Shown here: positions 50,292 through 62,982 of the stretch, one piece after another
Layout: every line of letters starts with the position of its first letter
How positions within the stretch are numbered: position 1 is the first letter of the stretch
Assembly (NCBI GenBank): GCA_964016885.1
Contig: OZ024761.1
Coordinates: 31,434,001-31,498,000 of the forward strand
Source of the DNA: Eledone cirrhosa
Taxonomy: Eukaryota
DNA: 64,000 bases
Direction of reading: 5' to 3'
The notes under the pieces: model-generated
Told to the model about the DNA's origin: nothing
The model's database searches: none
The model's input: the letters and a program-made list of their open reading frames with translations, nothing else
Made by a program: the position numbers and the translations under genes

Positions 50292-50877
50292 TATAGGTAT
50301 ATACCGAGCAATGTGCGAGCAACTATAGGTTAATCACCTTTATATATATATATACTATAGGTATATACCGAGAAATGTGCGAGCAACTATAGGTTAATCA
50401 CCTTTATATATATATACTATAGGTATATACCGAGCAATGTGCGAGCAACTATAGGTTAATCACCTTTATATATATATATATATACTATAGGTATATACCG
50501 AGCAATGTGCGAGCAACTATAGGTAGGAAATCCAAGACTACTCGATAAAAGAACTTAAGTTCGAGACCGACTAATCGAGAGAAACAAGACACACGTCCGA
50601 TCGCCGCAGTTGTAAACGGTCAGACGAGAGGATGAAAGTGGGAGGGAGAAAGGGAGAGGAAGAAAGTGGGGCAAGAGTAGATAGGGCGAAAGGGAGGGGA
50701 AGAAAGAGGGGTGAGAGTCGAAAGTGGTGAAATAGTTAGGTAGAAGAGGGAGAGAAGAATGGTCACAGCGAAAAACGATAAAATATATGGAGAATAAAAA
50801 TGGCTGTGTAGTTGCTTTTTAAGGTAACTTAAAATGCAGTGGGAATACGAAGAAAGCAAGAACGGGGGGGGGGGGTC
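49451..50877. mobile_element. Direct-repeat-bounded element (~95-bp terminal repeats), possibly pLTR/retrozyme-like
   Basis: atatatggagaata..ggtaacttaaaatgcagtgggaatacg..gcaagaac at ~49451-49542 and ~50783-50877; CTGATGA on minus at ~49547-49553. Confidence 0.55.
49677..50524. repeat. Array of ~50-bp constant units separated by variable-length (TA)n
   Basis: ctataggtatataccgagcaatgtgcgagcaactataggttaatcacctt-(TA)n, about 12-13 units. Confidence 0.95.
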
Positions 50878-50954
50878 ATATATACATCACTTCTATATAA
50901 TGGCTGATGCACGTGCTCTTCTGGGAAAACAAATTTCTATTTGTTTCTTTTCAA

Positions 50955-51013
50955 GCCAAACAGTGAGTTATTATTTCTGGCAATATTATAACAATATGAC
51001 CCTCCCCAAGTAT

Positions 51014-51020
<7 letters not shown>
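50955..51020. mobile_element. Family A-related terminal fragment
   Basis: aaacagtgagt..tatttctggcaatattat..atatgaccctccccaagtataacaata, similar to 31350-31420 and 4630-4665. Confidence 0.65.
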
Positions 51021-51076
<56 letters not shown>

Positions 51077-51144
51077 CTTCCTCGTGATTTCTCACGAATG
51101 AAACAGTTCTAGTCCTGTAGAAGCCATTTCTATATTATATATAC

Positions 51145-51441
51145 GCTCCTGGGGTCATCTCCATACACTTGCTGCAGCAATCCCAATGCTTCTGACGGAG
51201 TTTTTCCCAACCGTACCAGAAACTTCAAGTTTGTTCGTTGCTCTGTGCTCATTGCTTGCCGACCTGAAACAGAGGACATGCATATAAAATTATGAAGAAA
51301 AAAGTTTGATCGCTGCAGAGAGCTAAGATTACAGTTACATACTCCAGGGGGATTACTTCGAAAGAGAAAACTCTTAGTGTGAAGTTTGGGTTTAAATAAA
51401 TCTTTTGTGACATCAGTCCTGGAACTTTTCTGACACACCTC

Positions 51442-51442
<1 letters not shown>
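51145..51442 (-). mobile_element. Mariner-like transposon left end with transposase N-terminus
   Basis: TA-cgaggtgtgtcagaaaagtt TIR-like end; MSTEQRTNLKFLVRLGKTPSEALGLLQQVYGDD matches the mariner HTH start. Confidence 0.85.
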
Positions 51443-51501
<59 letters not shown>

Positions 51502-51777
51502 GAGCGTATATATAATAGACAGATATACACATACACATTCTTACACTATAAACACATATATGCCCTTACACTATAGATACATACACACACACACACACAT
51601 ACATATACACACTCACTACAAACACACAAACATATACATACTCACACTATAAACACACACATATACATATACACACTTACACTATAAACACACATACATA
51701 TACACACTCACTACAAACACATACATATACATACTCACATATACATATCCACAATTACACTATAAACACACACGCAC

Positions 51778-51863
<86 letters not shown>

Positions 51864-52016
51864 TAAACACACACATATATATGTACTCGGTGACTATGTT
51901 ATTGTTTATTACAGTTGAATAATCACTTGATGGCTAATACACATTTTTTTCTATTTAGGAAATAGTTTTACCCCCATTTTTTTTTTTGTTACCTGTTGAG
52001 ACTATATATATAGTAA

Positions 52017-52202
52017 TTGTTTCTAATTTAGGCACAAGGCCAGCAATAACCCAGTACATTACTGGTACTTTATTTTATCGACCCCGTAAGGATGAAAGGC
52101 AAAGTCAACCTCGGCGGGATTTGAACTCAGATCGTAAAGGGACGTAACTATGCTGGAAAGCATGGCGTCCGACCCTCTACCGAATCTTGCAATCCACCGC
52201 CC
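52017..52202 (-). mobile_element. Full-length tRNA-derived SINE
   Basis: Nearly identical to the copies at 1039 and 55539. Confidence 0.92.
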
Positions 52203-52729
52203 ATATATATATATATATATAGTAATAATAATAAATTTGAAGACTAAAATCCAAAGAAGGCTCGATAAGGATAAATATATATCAAATATATAAGAACTGT
52301 AGAGCAAATATTTATTAAAATAACAGATATATATATATATGAGAGAGAGAGAGAGACGAATGACGTTTTGAGCAATTGTTCACGAGTAACAAGGAATAAC
52401 GTCTTTATAGTTGGTGTGTTTAATGTCAACGAAATCGTATTAAAATCGTATTGTGATTGTGGAATCGATAAACGTAGCAAGTTAAACAAACCAATGGGGT
52501 TATGTCGATTGTTTCTGTGGTAGAAGGAATCTAAAAAGGTGAAATAAGAAGAAAGGAAATGGCTGCTGGTTCCGGAAGATACGAGAGAAGGTGTTTCCTT
52601 GTTCTTTAGTCTTCCAACTGACATAGTTTAGCTGAACGAAGCTCTGCCTATCTTTTTAGTACGGTTACCTTGCTCTTGTTTACATTCTTTATACACCTGT
52701 AGCCCTGTCATCTACGCATGCGCGCACGC

Positions 52730-53845
52730 TCACACGCGTATACACTCGCACACGTATACACTCGCCAACGTATACACTCGCCAACGTATACACTCGCCAA
52801 CGTATACACTCGCACACGTATACACTCGCACACATACACTCGCACACATACACTCGCACACGTATACACTCGCACATATACACTCACACGTATACACTCA
52901 CACGTATACACTCACACACATATACACTCACACGTATATACACTCACACATATACACTCACACACATATACACTCACACGCATATACACTCACACACATA
53001 TACACTCACACACATATACACTCACACGTATATACACTCACACACATATACACTCACACGTATATACACTCACACACATATACACTCACACACACATACA
53101 CTCACACACATATACACTCACACACATATACACTCACAAGTAAACACTCATACGTATACACTCACACACGTATACACTCACACACGTATACACTCACACA
53201 CGTATACACTCACACACGTATACACTCACACACGTATACACTCGCATACGTATACACTCGCATACATATACACACACATATATACTCACACACATATACA
53301 CTCACACATATACACTCACACATATACACTCACACGCATATACACTCATACACATATACACTCACACGTATATACACTCACACGTATATACACTCACACG
53401 TATATAGACTCACACGTATATACACTCACACGCATATACACTCGCACGTATATACACTCACACGTATATACACTCACACGTATATACACACACACACATA
53501 TACACTCACACACATATACACTCACACGTATATACACTTACACGTATATACACTCACACGTATATACTCACACGTATATACACTCACACACATATACACT
53601 CACACATATACACACTCATACATATACACTCACAAGTAAACACTCATACGTATACACTCACACATACACTCACACATATACAATCACACGTATACACTCA
53701 CACACGTATACACTCACACACATATACACTCACAAGTAAACACTCATACGTATACACTCATACGTATACACTCCCACACGTATACACTCCCACACGTATA
53801 CACTCCCACACGTATACACTCACCCACACATACACTCACGCACGT
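52730..53845. repeat. 14-16-bp tatacactcacacg minisatellite
   Basis: Direct inspection. Confidence 0.93.
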
Positions 53846-54158
53846 ATACTCTTTCTCTCTCTCTTTTTCTTTCTCTCTCATTCTTTCTCTTTCTCTCTCT
53901 CTCTCTTTCTCCTATTCTCTTCTTCTCACTCTTTCTTCTTCTTCTTCCCTCTCTTTTTTTCTCTCTCATTCTCTTTTTTTCTGTCTCTCTCTCTTTTTCC
54001 TATTCTCTCTCTATTTTTCCTATTCTCTCTCTTTTTCATATTCTCTTCTTCTTCCCCTTCTCTCTTTCTTCTTCTGTTTCTTCTTCTTCTTCTTCTTCTT
54101 CTTCTTCTTCTTGTTTCTTCTCGTTCCCTCTCTTTTTCTTCTCGTTCATTCTCTTTCT

Positions 54159-54190
<32 letters not shown>

Positions 54191-54232
54191 CTTCTTCTCT
54201 TTCTCTCTCACCGTGCATGCACACACACACAC

Positions 54233-54287
<55 letters not shown>

Positions 54288-55444
54288 TAAAAGGAAAATA
54301 AAATGCTCACAAATTGTTCCCAGTGAAAAATAGTTTAATTAGGAATAAGTAAAAATTAGTAATAAGTATTGGTTAGTATTCAGTTTTGGTTTTAAGTTTT
54401 TACCGGTTGCGCATTTCTAATGCTTTTCAAAAATAATTTTGAGATAGAGCGCCCGTGATGTTTGCTCTAATCTGATTAGTTTTGGAAATTCTACCTTTTT
54501 ATGTGAAAAAAGTGGCTCCAGATGTATTAAAATAAGTTTCGCGCCAATTCGTGTTGCAAAAATTCTTGTGGTCAAAACAATTTTGATTGGTCGGTAGAGG
54601 TCATGTGAATGTAAAAAATTGATTTTGCGCCAAATGTAGGTTTGTCTCGGCTGATTGAGAAGTCACTGAAAAATAAGTCTTTCAATACAAATATGTGTGT
54701 GTGTGTGTGTAGTAGTAAAGAAGTTCATTGTTGTGATAATAGTCAGTAGGGATGTGTGTGTGAATTGCAGTCATGTTGACAGGTCAACAGTTCAGGTGCC
54801 TATTAAGACAAGTGTGTGTAGCAGAGTAATTCGTGGTAGAGTGATCGGTCAGTAGGAATGTGTCTGTACGTGTGTGGGGGTTATTTTAACATGTTAAAAG
54901 ATATTTTTCAGCTCTTGTCTTATACGGAGAAGTGTGTGTGTGTATGTCGCTTTGTATGTTAGTGTACGCGTGTGTATGTGTGTGTGTGTGTATATATATG
55001 TATGCGTGTGTGTGTGTGTGTATATGTGTATTTTTGTGATACTGGTAAAAATGTTGTACATTATTCGATATTTTCAGTAAAAACGATTCTCTCAATAGCA
55101 CATCAAAAACCTTAATAATAAAAGGTCTGAAATGATATATAGTATTGTCATAACACCAAGGTGTGTGTGTGTCCAGATTGTACGTACTGCAAGGGGAATC
55201 CATTAGGCCCTGCCGTATTGGAATACTTGTATACAAATATGCATGTGTGCGTATAAGTATGTGTGTGTGTCGGCACGTTTATATCTATAGACATCAAAAG
55301 GTATGCAAATTTGTGTATATTTGTGTTGTACCATAGAACATGTGTGTTTACGTATGTCATTGTGTTTATATGTGGATAGAGATGTATGTAGGATGTATGC
55401 TGATGTAGGTATGTATGTTGACGTGTGTATGTTGTGGGTTCGTC

Positions 55445-57600
55445 TTAGGGAGAAGTGTTTAGACGGGGTCCGTATTTGTTAATAAAGTGAGATTCCTTGC
55501 TGAAGCACTGGGTGTGGGTGGCATTATCTTTAAATTTGGTGGATTGGCAGTGTCGGTAGAGGGTCGGACGCCATGCTTTCCAGCATAGTTACGTCCCTTT
55601 ACGATCTGAGTTCAAATCCTGCCGAGGTTGACTTTGCCTTTCATCCTTACGGGGTCGATAAAATAAAGTACCAGTAATGCACTGGTTAATTGCTGGCCTT
55701 GTGCCTAAAGTAGAAACAATTATCTTTAAATTTGTAGAGGGGAAAGATTCTGAAGTTGGGATGATTTTGGACGGCACAGGTATCAATGTGTTCACTCAGT
55801 GGTATTTTCCTGTATTCCCGTATTTTAATTTGGGATCTATGGACGGTCATGCGTTGGCGGAGGCTGTTTTTGGTCTGGCCTATGTATTGTTCTCGACAAC
55901 CTGAGCAAGTTAATACATATATTAGATTTTCTGATGCGCATGTGAAATTGTGTTTTACTATAAAACGTTGTCCTTCTTTGAAATAGAATTCCGAACCCTC
56001 TATTAGGATGATGCATATGCCACAGTTGGGTCTATCGCATTTTTTTACTGTGGGTTTCGTTGTTGTGGTTGGCAGTACTTTGGCATGTGTTAGGATGTTT
56101 TTCATTGACTTAGATTGTCTTTTGCTCTTTATGATATCGTGTGTTCGTAGGATTTGGTTCATTCTATGGTCCTTTTTTAACACATGGATGTTCTGGAGGA
56201 TGGTGTCAAAGGCCTCATAGTTGAGGGGGGTTGTGTGTGATGTATGGAAGAGCTTTTAGTTTCGGTTGATTTACTTTAGGGTGTCTAAGGTCCTGGGTAC
56301 TGAGTTTTAGGGCACGTTAGATTCCATTGTCAATTAGTGATGCAGGGTAGTCCCTGCCTATGAGTGTGTCCTTTAGTTCTTGTAGCCATAAGTAACAGGT
56401 GTTTTTATTGGAGACTATAGTACAGATTCTCTTGGCTAAGTTGTAGGGAATATTAATTTTAACGTGTCTAGGGTGGCAAGAGTTGAAAGGAAGATATTGC
56501 TTGGAGTCTGTGGGCTTGTAGTATATGTCTGTTTCTATTTTTTTGTTATGAATCTTAATGAGGATGTCGAGGAAGGGGAGTTGTTGATGGCTGTATTCCA
56601 TCGTAAAGTTAATATTCGTGTTGAGCTCATTTATAAGGTTGTGAAATTCTTTAAGTTTCTCGATGTTTTCGTGCCAAAGGATGAAGCAGTCATCTAGATA
56701 TCGCTTCCAGTTCCTTTCTATGTGTAAGTGGAGAGTGTTTCCAAATTTGTTTAGGACTTTAATGTAGAGGGTGATTTCCAGGTATCCCATGATTAGGTTG
56801 GCATAAGTGGGGACTGTTTTCGTTCCCATAGCGGTCCCAGATTTCTGCCTGTAGGATTTGTTATTGAAAACGAAGTAATTGTTCTTCAAGATAAATTTGA
56901 GTCCCTCTATCACGAATTCTTTTTTGATGCGTTGTGGGATCATTGTGGTACTTATCCAGCCAGAATTGGATAGCTTCTATTCCTAGGTTGTGGGGGATGT
57001 TGGAGTATAGGTTGACTACATCGAACGTCACTAGTAGGGTTTGTTCAGAAAGGGGCATATTAGGGAGGTGATTGAACATATGTAGGTCGTTCCTTATATA
57101 GCTTTTGATGTGTTTGAGAAAAGGCTTGAGAAGGGTATCAATGAAGTTGCTAAGGCGGTGGGTTTCGCAAGCGGGGCCTGCTATTATAGGTCTTAATTTG
57201 CGATCATTGGGTGAGGGGACATTAATGACTATGTCTGTGGCTTCCTTGCATGCCTTACTTATTAATTCGCTTTTATGTACTTTAGGGATATCGTAGAAAA
57301 GGCTGGATTTTACTTGTGAAGCTGAATTCCTTGTTAGTGAGTCCTTCTTTGTATTGGTTGATCAGAGTTTTTAGGTTTCTCATAATTTTCTGTTGATTGT
57401 AGTGTTCAGACTTTTCGTAGTATGTTTCGTTTTCCAAAGTGGAGAGCGCTAAGTTGATATAGAATTCTGTCTCCATTAGGACTATTGTACTCCCTTTATC
57501 AGCCTCTTTAATTGTAATGGTTCTGTCGGTTTTTAATCTATTTAATTCTTCCCATTCTTTCTTGTTGAGGTTTGGCTTGTGTTTTTGTCTGTTACACCTC
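55445..57600 (-). pseudogene. Frameshifted RT-GIY-YIG ORF of Penelope-like element 1
   Basis: Frame breaks near 57300, 56945 and 56320-56200, plus a SINE insertion; native C-terminus KESHFINKYGPRLNTSP* ends at 55445. Confidence 0.88.
55539..55718 (+). mobile_element. SINE inserted in the GIY-YIG coding region, with TSD
   Basis: TSD attatctttaaatttg at 55523-55538 and 55719-55734. Confidence 0.93.
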
Positions 57601-57608
57601 TATTCTTT

Positions 57609-57677
<69 letters not shown>

Positions 57678-57682
<5 letters not shown>

Positions 57683-59269
57683 GGTTACACAACAGTTAGT
57701 TCACCATACCGAGAACAATTGTTTCACCTTCGTGGATCTTCAGCTCGGGATGTGTATGGTTATAGGAACAGGAAGGACAACCGTACGAACGCGCATGCGC
57801 AGAAACTCGGTCACCTCACACAGGCAATACTAGACTGCGTGCGGGAGGTGTAAGGGAGATAACTGCGAAAGTCCGGAAAGTTTTTAGGTTGAAAATAAAA
57901 TTTAAAAAATTAAAAATAAAATTACAACGAATCAGTCCGGAGCCTTGTAGTTATGCAATAGATGTTTGGTGACGTGTGGACAACGTGTGAAAAATTCATT
58001 TCGCGTGTTTAGGTAATCACTATTGCGTAATCTCTTTAGGATAGTTATTCGTTCGTCGATACATAAGTCACACGTCGGATTTCCCCTTGCGTATGGCTTG
58101 GACTTAGTGATGGCTTTCCATTGAATGGAGTAGCCTATACTTGAGTCCTTGAGGGACTATACGTGGCTCGCGAGTTTCGTGAATGAACGTCTGTCCGGGT
58201 ATCTGAAGGTAGACTGGTGGTTCAGGAAACGCTCCTTGAATCGGCCCTCCGCCATGCCCACATAGGATTTGACCTCCTGTGGTTCGTTTGGTCGGTTGGA
58301 AGTGACCACAGCTTCATAGATTACAGCTGGTGTGTTGCATTGCTGTTGAAGGGGAAAGTTTCAGGCTTACGGCAAGAGCACCCTGGCGGGGTGTTGCTCC
58401 TAGGGCTGCTGGTGATGTGGGCCTTCATGTTCTTAGCACAGGAGTATCCTAGTTTAACTTTGTGTCGGTTAAAGATTGAGCGGTATTTATGACCTATGGG
58501 GAAGTGTCTATCTAAGAGGGCTAGAAATCTTTTTCCTACATTCGTTTTAACGTTGAGTGAGAAGGGGAGAGAACCAGATAGTCTGTCTGTTGATGCGTTT
58601 ACTTTTCTTAATGGTGTTGTTCTTAATGGTGTTGTTGCTAGAGGGAGAGTAGGTGATAGGTTGTGAGAAGCCGCTGTTAGCCAACGCCGTGTTATAGTAG
58701 GGTGCCGCCCTGTCAAAGATAGCCTTATTAGAGGAGAGGTTTGAGATTCTAGTACTGATATTCTTAACGAAGTTTCTAAAAACAGTGGGAGGGTGGCATG
58801 AGTCCTTGTGAATGTAATTAAGTTTCTCGTTTAGCTTATGGAAGGGTCTGTGGGTGTGTGTGCGAAGGTCTAAATTAATGTCTAAGAAATCTACGCTAGA
58901 GAGGTTGTGGCTACTGTTATCCTAAGGCCTAACTCATTGAAGGTAGAAGCTAAGTCTTTTTTAAACCGGTCGAGGTCGTGACCACTTTTATGGCTCGATA
59001 AAGTCAGTCCATCGCCACGGTATATTCCCGTCTAAGATAAAAAGGCCAACCTATTTAGTCACATACGTCAGCACTGTCAAACGATCTCATGGAGACATCG
59101 AACAGGTCTGAAGATGTAGACTTCTTTGCCCAGGCTACTCCGTCGTTGAAGAGGGTTTTCCGGCAGTGAGCGATGATTTCTCTGTCTAAACCATCGACGG
59201 TGGTATAAGTGGTAGTCCCTTGGACTGAGTGTTCTACCACTACGGATATTACTTTCCAGTGTTCCACCA

Positions 59270-59271
<2 letters not shown>
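57678..59271 (-). mobile_element. Penelope-like retroelement 2 (different clade, possibly Nematis-like), 5'-truncated and decayed
   Basis: FDVSMRSFDSADVCD, IYRGDG, VDFLDINLDL, NVKTNVGKRFLALLDRHFP, IFNRHKVKLGYSC; GIY-YIG VIYEAVV..YVGMAEGRFKERFLNH..CDLCIDER..LNTRNE..CPH; stop at 57932-57934; internal TAG and frameshifts. Confidence 0.9.
57709..57748 (-). ncRNA. Minimal hammerhead ribozyme in the 3' pLTR of Penelope-like element 2
   Basis: ccgag-CTGAAGA-tcc acgaa ggt-GAAAC aatt GTT-ctcgg: 5-bp stem I, palindromic stem III (aacaattgtt), sense to the ORF. Confidence 0.8.
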
Positions 59272-59343
<72 letters not shown>

Positions 59344-59349
59344 GAGAGA

Positions 59350-59552
59350 GAGTGTGTATCAAAAAGAATCACCAGATGTACTAATTTAGTATGGGACGAG
59401 TTTGACTATCGTGTCCGAAGGAGGGTATATTAAGTATTTGTAAAACTTATAAATAAAGCTTTATATTCAGACATGTATTGTACTGCATAATTATATGTTC
59501 ATTTGTTTCAAAATGTCTGTTGAAATCATACGATTTATTTTGATACATCCTG
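59350..59552 (+). mobile_element. Internally deleted Tc1/mariner-superfamily element
   Basis: Inverted ends gtatcaaaaagaatc / gatttattttgatacatcctg-TA; VWDEFDYRV resembles a transposase C-terminus. Confidence 0.6.
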
Positions 59553-59674
59553 TATGTATGCAGAGATATATATGCATATATATATATATATATGTAGACG
59601 TGCGTACACACACACACATACATACATACATACATACATACACACATTTATACATGCATACACACACACACAGA

Positions 59675-59714
<40 letters not shown>

Positions 59715-59723
<9 letters not shown>

Positions 59724-59861
59724 ATACTTTGGGAGGGTCATGTTGCCAATAAGAAACACACGCGTGTGTTTCTTATTGGCAACATGACCCTCCCAAAGTA
59801 TAACAATATCGGTTTCAACACACGATTTCAGATAAAGAATCTTGCTAAACAAATTCAGAAA
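59715..59861. mobile_element. Family A minimal fold-back insertion
   Basis: Near-perfect palindrome ~59715-59809 centred on cacacgcgtgtg, followed by the same tail as 4665-4720; within (TA)n. Confidence 0.85.
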
Positions 59862-59882
59862 CGATATATATATATATATATA

Positions 59883-59982
59883 CAGGATGTCCCCAAAAAT
59901 GGATACATACTTTGATTGCCTATATAGGCAATATTTATTAGAATGCTGTTAAAGTATGTATACATTTGTTTGGGACACCCTG
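59883..59982. mobile_element. Tc1/mariner-type MITE
   Basis: TIRs caggatgtccccaaaaatggatacatacttt / aaagtatgtatacatttgtttgggacaccctg, flanked by TA. Confidence 0.8.
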
Positions 59983-60227
59983 TATATATAGTTAGTTATA
60001 ACAGTGACATATACAGGTAATTAAGTTTAGTAACTAATTATTATACTTAACTCGTCCCATGGACTGAGTGTTCTTACCCTTGGATATTTCTACCAAACTT
60101 CTACTACAGTCCCCCCTCCCCCTCCCCCCCTCTCCCCCCCCCCTCTCTCTCTCCCTCGCCCCCTCTCTCTCCCTCGCCCCCTCTCTCTCTCTCTCCCTCG
60201 CCCTCTCTCTCTATATATATATATATA

Positions 60228-60362
60228 ACGAAGGTGTTGTGGTAAGAAACCAGATGGACCATAACGCACCAGAGTACTCAATACTTAGGGTAGTAGAGTG
60301 GGTAATAGGAAAATGTATGACCCCGACGGCAGAGCTCAAATAGCGTCTGGGTCATACATTTT

Positions 60363-60404
<42 letters not shown>

Positions 60405-60488
60405 AATGAATGAATGAATGAAGGAGTTTCAAGCCGTTAAAACAAGTTCTTTATATATCTCTTACACATGTTTCGTCCACACCGATCC

Positions 60489-60544
<56 letters not shown>

Positions 60545-60652
60545 CGAAGGAAATGTGGTAAGGAACCAGGTGGACCATAACGCACCAAAGTACTCAATAA
60601 TTGGGGTAGTAGAGTGGGTAATAGGAACCTTACTGTCGGGGTCTTACTGGTT

Positions 60653-60655
<3 letters not shown>
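60228..60655. mobile_element. Two copies (60228-60367, 60543-60655) of a short element with terminal fold-backs, plus an HHR 3' half (minus, ~60460-60490)
   Basis: Shared aacgaagg..ggaccataacgcacc..gtagagtgggtaatagga; each ends in a different inversion; ggac-GAAAC atgt GTA on minus between them. Confidence 0.7.
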
Positions 60656-60717
<62 letters not shown>

Positions 60718-60917
60718 TCGGAGGAAGCTAATAGCGATACTCCGACCAAATTCCAACTCACTTAACATAACAAACATTAGGAAATAAGTGAGTATATTCC
60801 TAATTAAGCGTTCGGGGTGCTAACTAAATGTATTGCGTGGAAAATTGGCTGTATTATTTCATATGAGACATATCGAATATATCTCTCTATATATTATATT
60901 TATATATATATATATAT

Positions 60918-60954
<37 letters not shown>

Positions 60955-61093
60955 ATTATATATATATATATATATTATATATATATATATTATATATATA
61001 TATATTATATATATATATATTATATATATTATATATATATATATATTATATATATATATATATATTATATATTTATATATATATAATATAATA

Positions 61094-61420
61094 TAATACA
61101 AGGACGATTTGTTACGCTTTCATTACGTTTATTGATTAGTGACGCGCGTTTCGTTATTGATCAGCTCAAGGTTCGATCTGTATCGATCTGGTCTGACGAG
61201 CTTTTGATTCCAGAGTCGGGCCAGATCAATACAGATCGAACCTTGAGCTGATCAATAGCGAAACGCGTCACTAATCAATAAACATAATGAAGGTTTAACA
61301 AACCGTCCTTGTATTATTATATTACACTCTGTCTAGCTCTACACCTCGCTACTGACGCGAACCTAAACGTCGAGTGCTCACCCTGGTGAACCTACAGTAA
61401 CTCCACGTTACACTACCTGG
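61094..61420. mobile_element. Fold-back insertion with split HHR-like motifs and unpaired tail
   Basis: Arms ~61094-61192 and ~61219-61317; CTGACGAG in the loop and gct..agc-GAAAC gc GTC in the arm. Confidence 0.65.
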
Positions 61421-62492
61421 ATATATATATTATATTCATGAGTATCTGCTTTCTCAGTATTTACACTATCTCTCACTCACCAAACTATGTAGCCAATTTT
61501 TCTGTCTGTCTATCGCTTTATCCCCCTCTACTCTTCTTCTCTCTTTCTCTCTCGCTCTCTCTCTCTCTCTTTCCCTCCCCCCTCTCTCTTTCTCTCTCGC
61601 TCTCTCTCGCTCTCTCTCTCTATTTCTGTCTTTCTCTCCCTCTCTCTCTCTTTCTCTATCTCTCCCTTCCCCCCTCTCTGTCTTTCTCTCCCCTTTTCTT
61701 TCTCTCCCCTTTTCTTTCTTTCCCCTCTACTCTCTCTTTCTCTTCCCCTTACTCTCTCTTTCTCTCCCCCCCACTCTCTTTCTCTTCCCCCCTTTATTTC
61801 TCCTCTTCTCCCCTCTCTCTTCCCTTCTCCCTCCCCCCTCGCTTCCCTTCTCCCCCCCTCGCTTCCCTTCTCTCTCTTCCCTCTCTCTCTCTCCCCTCTA
61901 TATCCCCCCCCATATCTCCCACTATCCTCCTCTCCCCATCTCCCCCTCTCCACCATCTCTCCCCATCTATATCCCCCATCTCAATCCCCCCATCTCCCTT
62001 CCCCCATCTCTCTTTCCCCCATCTCTCTTTCCCCCCCCATCTCTCTTTCCCCCCCATCTCTCTTTCCCCCCATCTCTCTTTCCCCCATCTCTCTTTCCCC
62101 ATCTCTCTTCCCCCATCTCTCTTCTCCCCCCTCTCGTCCCTCTGTCTTTCTCCCCTCCCCTCTCAAAACATTCCTATGATTCCCTTTAAACTATCATCAC
62201 TCTCCCCCAGTTACACATTAGCACAAACATGCACATAAACACAATGCGTTCCTTTTCTTCTTAATTTTTTCTTTATCCTCTCCTGACCAAAGTGAAATTT
62301 ATAGCAGAATTTTATGAGGGAAAATATCCGTGATTCTTTTCTGTCATGGTGTTATTGAACGCTGCTCTTGTTTCTGCGGTTTTATAGCTATATTATACTA
62401 TATTATTATATTGTATTTACAGAGATTGCTTTTTTGTGACATTCACATAATAACAAGGCAAATCTATTTTCATTGACTAACAAACAAGTTAG

Positions 62493-62982
62493 ACATTTTC
62501 TTTTTATTGTACTTTTACCGTAAAGCCAATTCTGTAATCGTTATTAAAAGCACTTTAAGGCCATTTTCAGCACACCGTTACAGCAGGGGTTAGATTTACG
62601 GGTCCCATGACATGGTGGTCCTTTCTGGGGCAAGGTTTTATGGCGAGATATAAAGGACATTTTCTTTTCATTGTGCTTTTACCGTAAAGCCAATTCTGTA
62701 ATCGTTATTACAAGCACTTTAAGGCCATTTTTCACCACACTGTTATAGCATGGTTTTACGGGTCCCAATGACATAGTGGTCCTTTCTGGGGCAAGATTTT
62801 ATAGCTAGATATAAAGGACATTTTCTTTTGATTGTGCTTTTGCTGCAAAGCTAATTCTGTAATCGCTATAACAAGCCCTTTAAAGCCATTTTTCACCACA
62901 CCGTTACATCATGAGTCAGGTTCACAGGTCCCATGACATAGCTATCCTTTCTTCTGGGGCAAGATGTCACAGATAGATATGA
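62493..62982. repeat. Tandem triplication of a ~163-bp unit
   Basis: acattttctttt.attgtgcttttaccgtaaagccaattctgtaatcg at ~62493, ~62657 and ~62818. Confidence 0.9.

Larger units (their letters stand above)
54284..57607 (-). mobile_element. Penelope-like retroelement 1 (Neptune-like), 5'-truncated, with long 3' region
   Basis: RT motifs IKEADKGSTIVLM, PKVHK, RPIIAG, TFDVVNLYSNIP, GTAMGT, KRYLDDCF, LPFLDI and YYKPTD; Cys linker CDRPNCGIC; GIY-YIG LIYVLTCSGCREQYIGQT..RMTVH; bounded by (TA)n. Confidence 0.93.

Noticed and set aside
49677-50524. CRISPR array
   Set aside because: Spacers are only (TA)n, the context is eukaryotic, and no cas genes are present.
58155-58165. Programmed readthrough or selenocysteine in the PLE endonuclease
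   Set aside because: The in-frame stop is TAG at a position normally Trp (TGG), and the copy has other disabling lesions, so this is simple decay.
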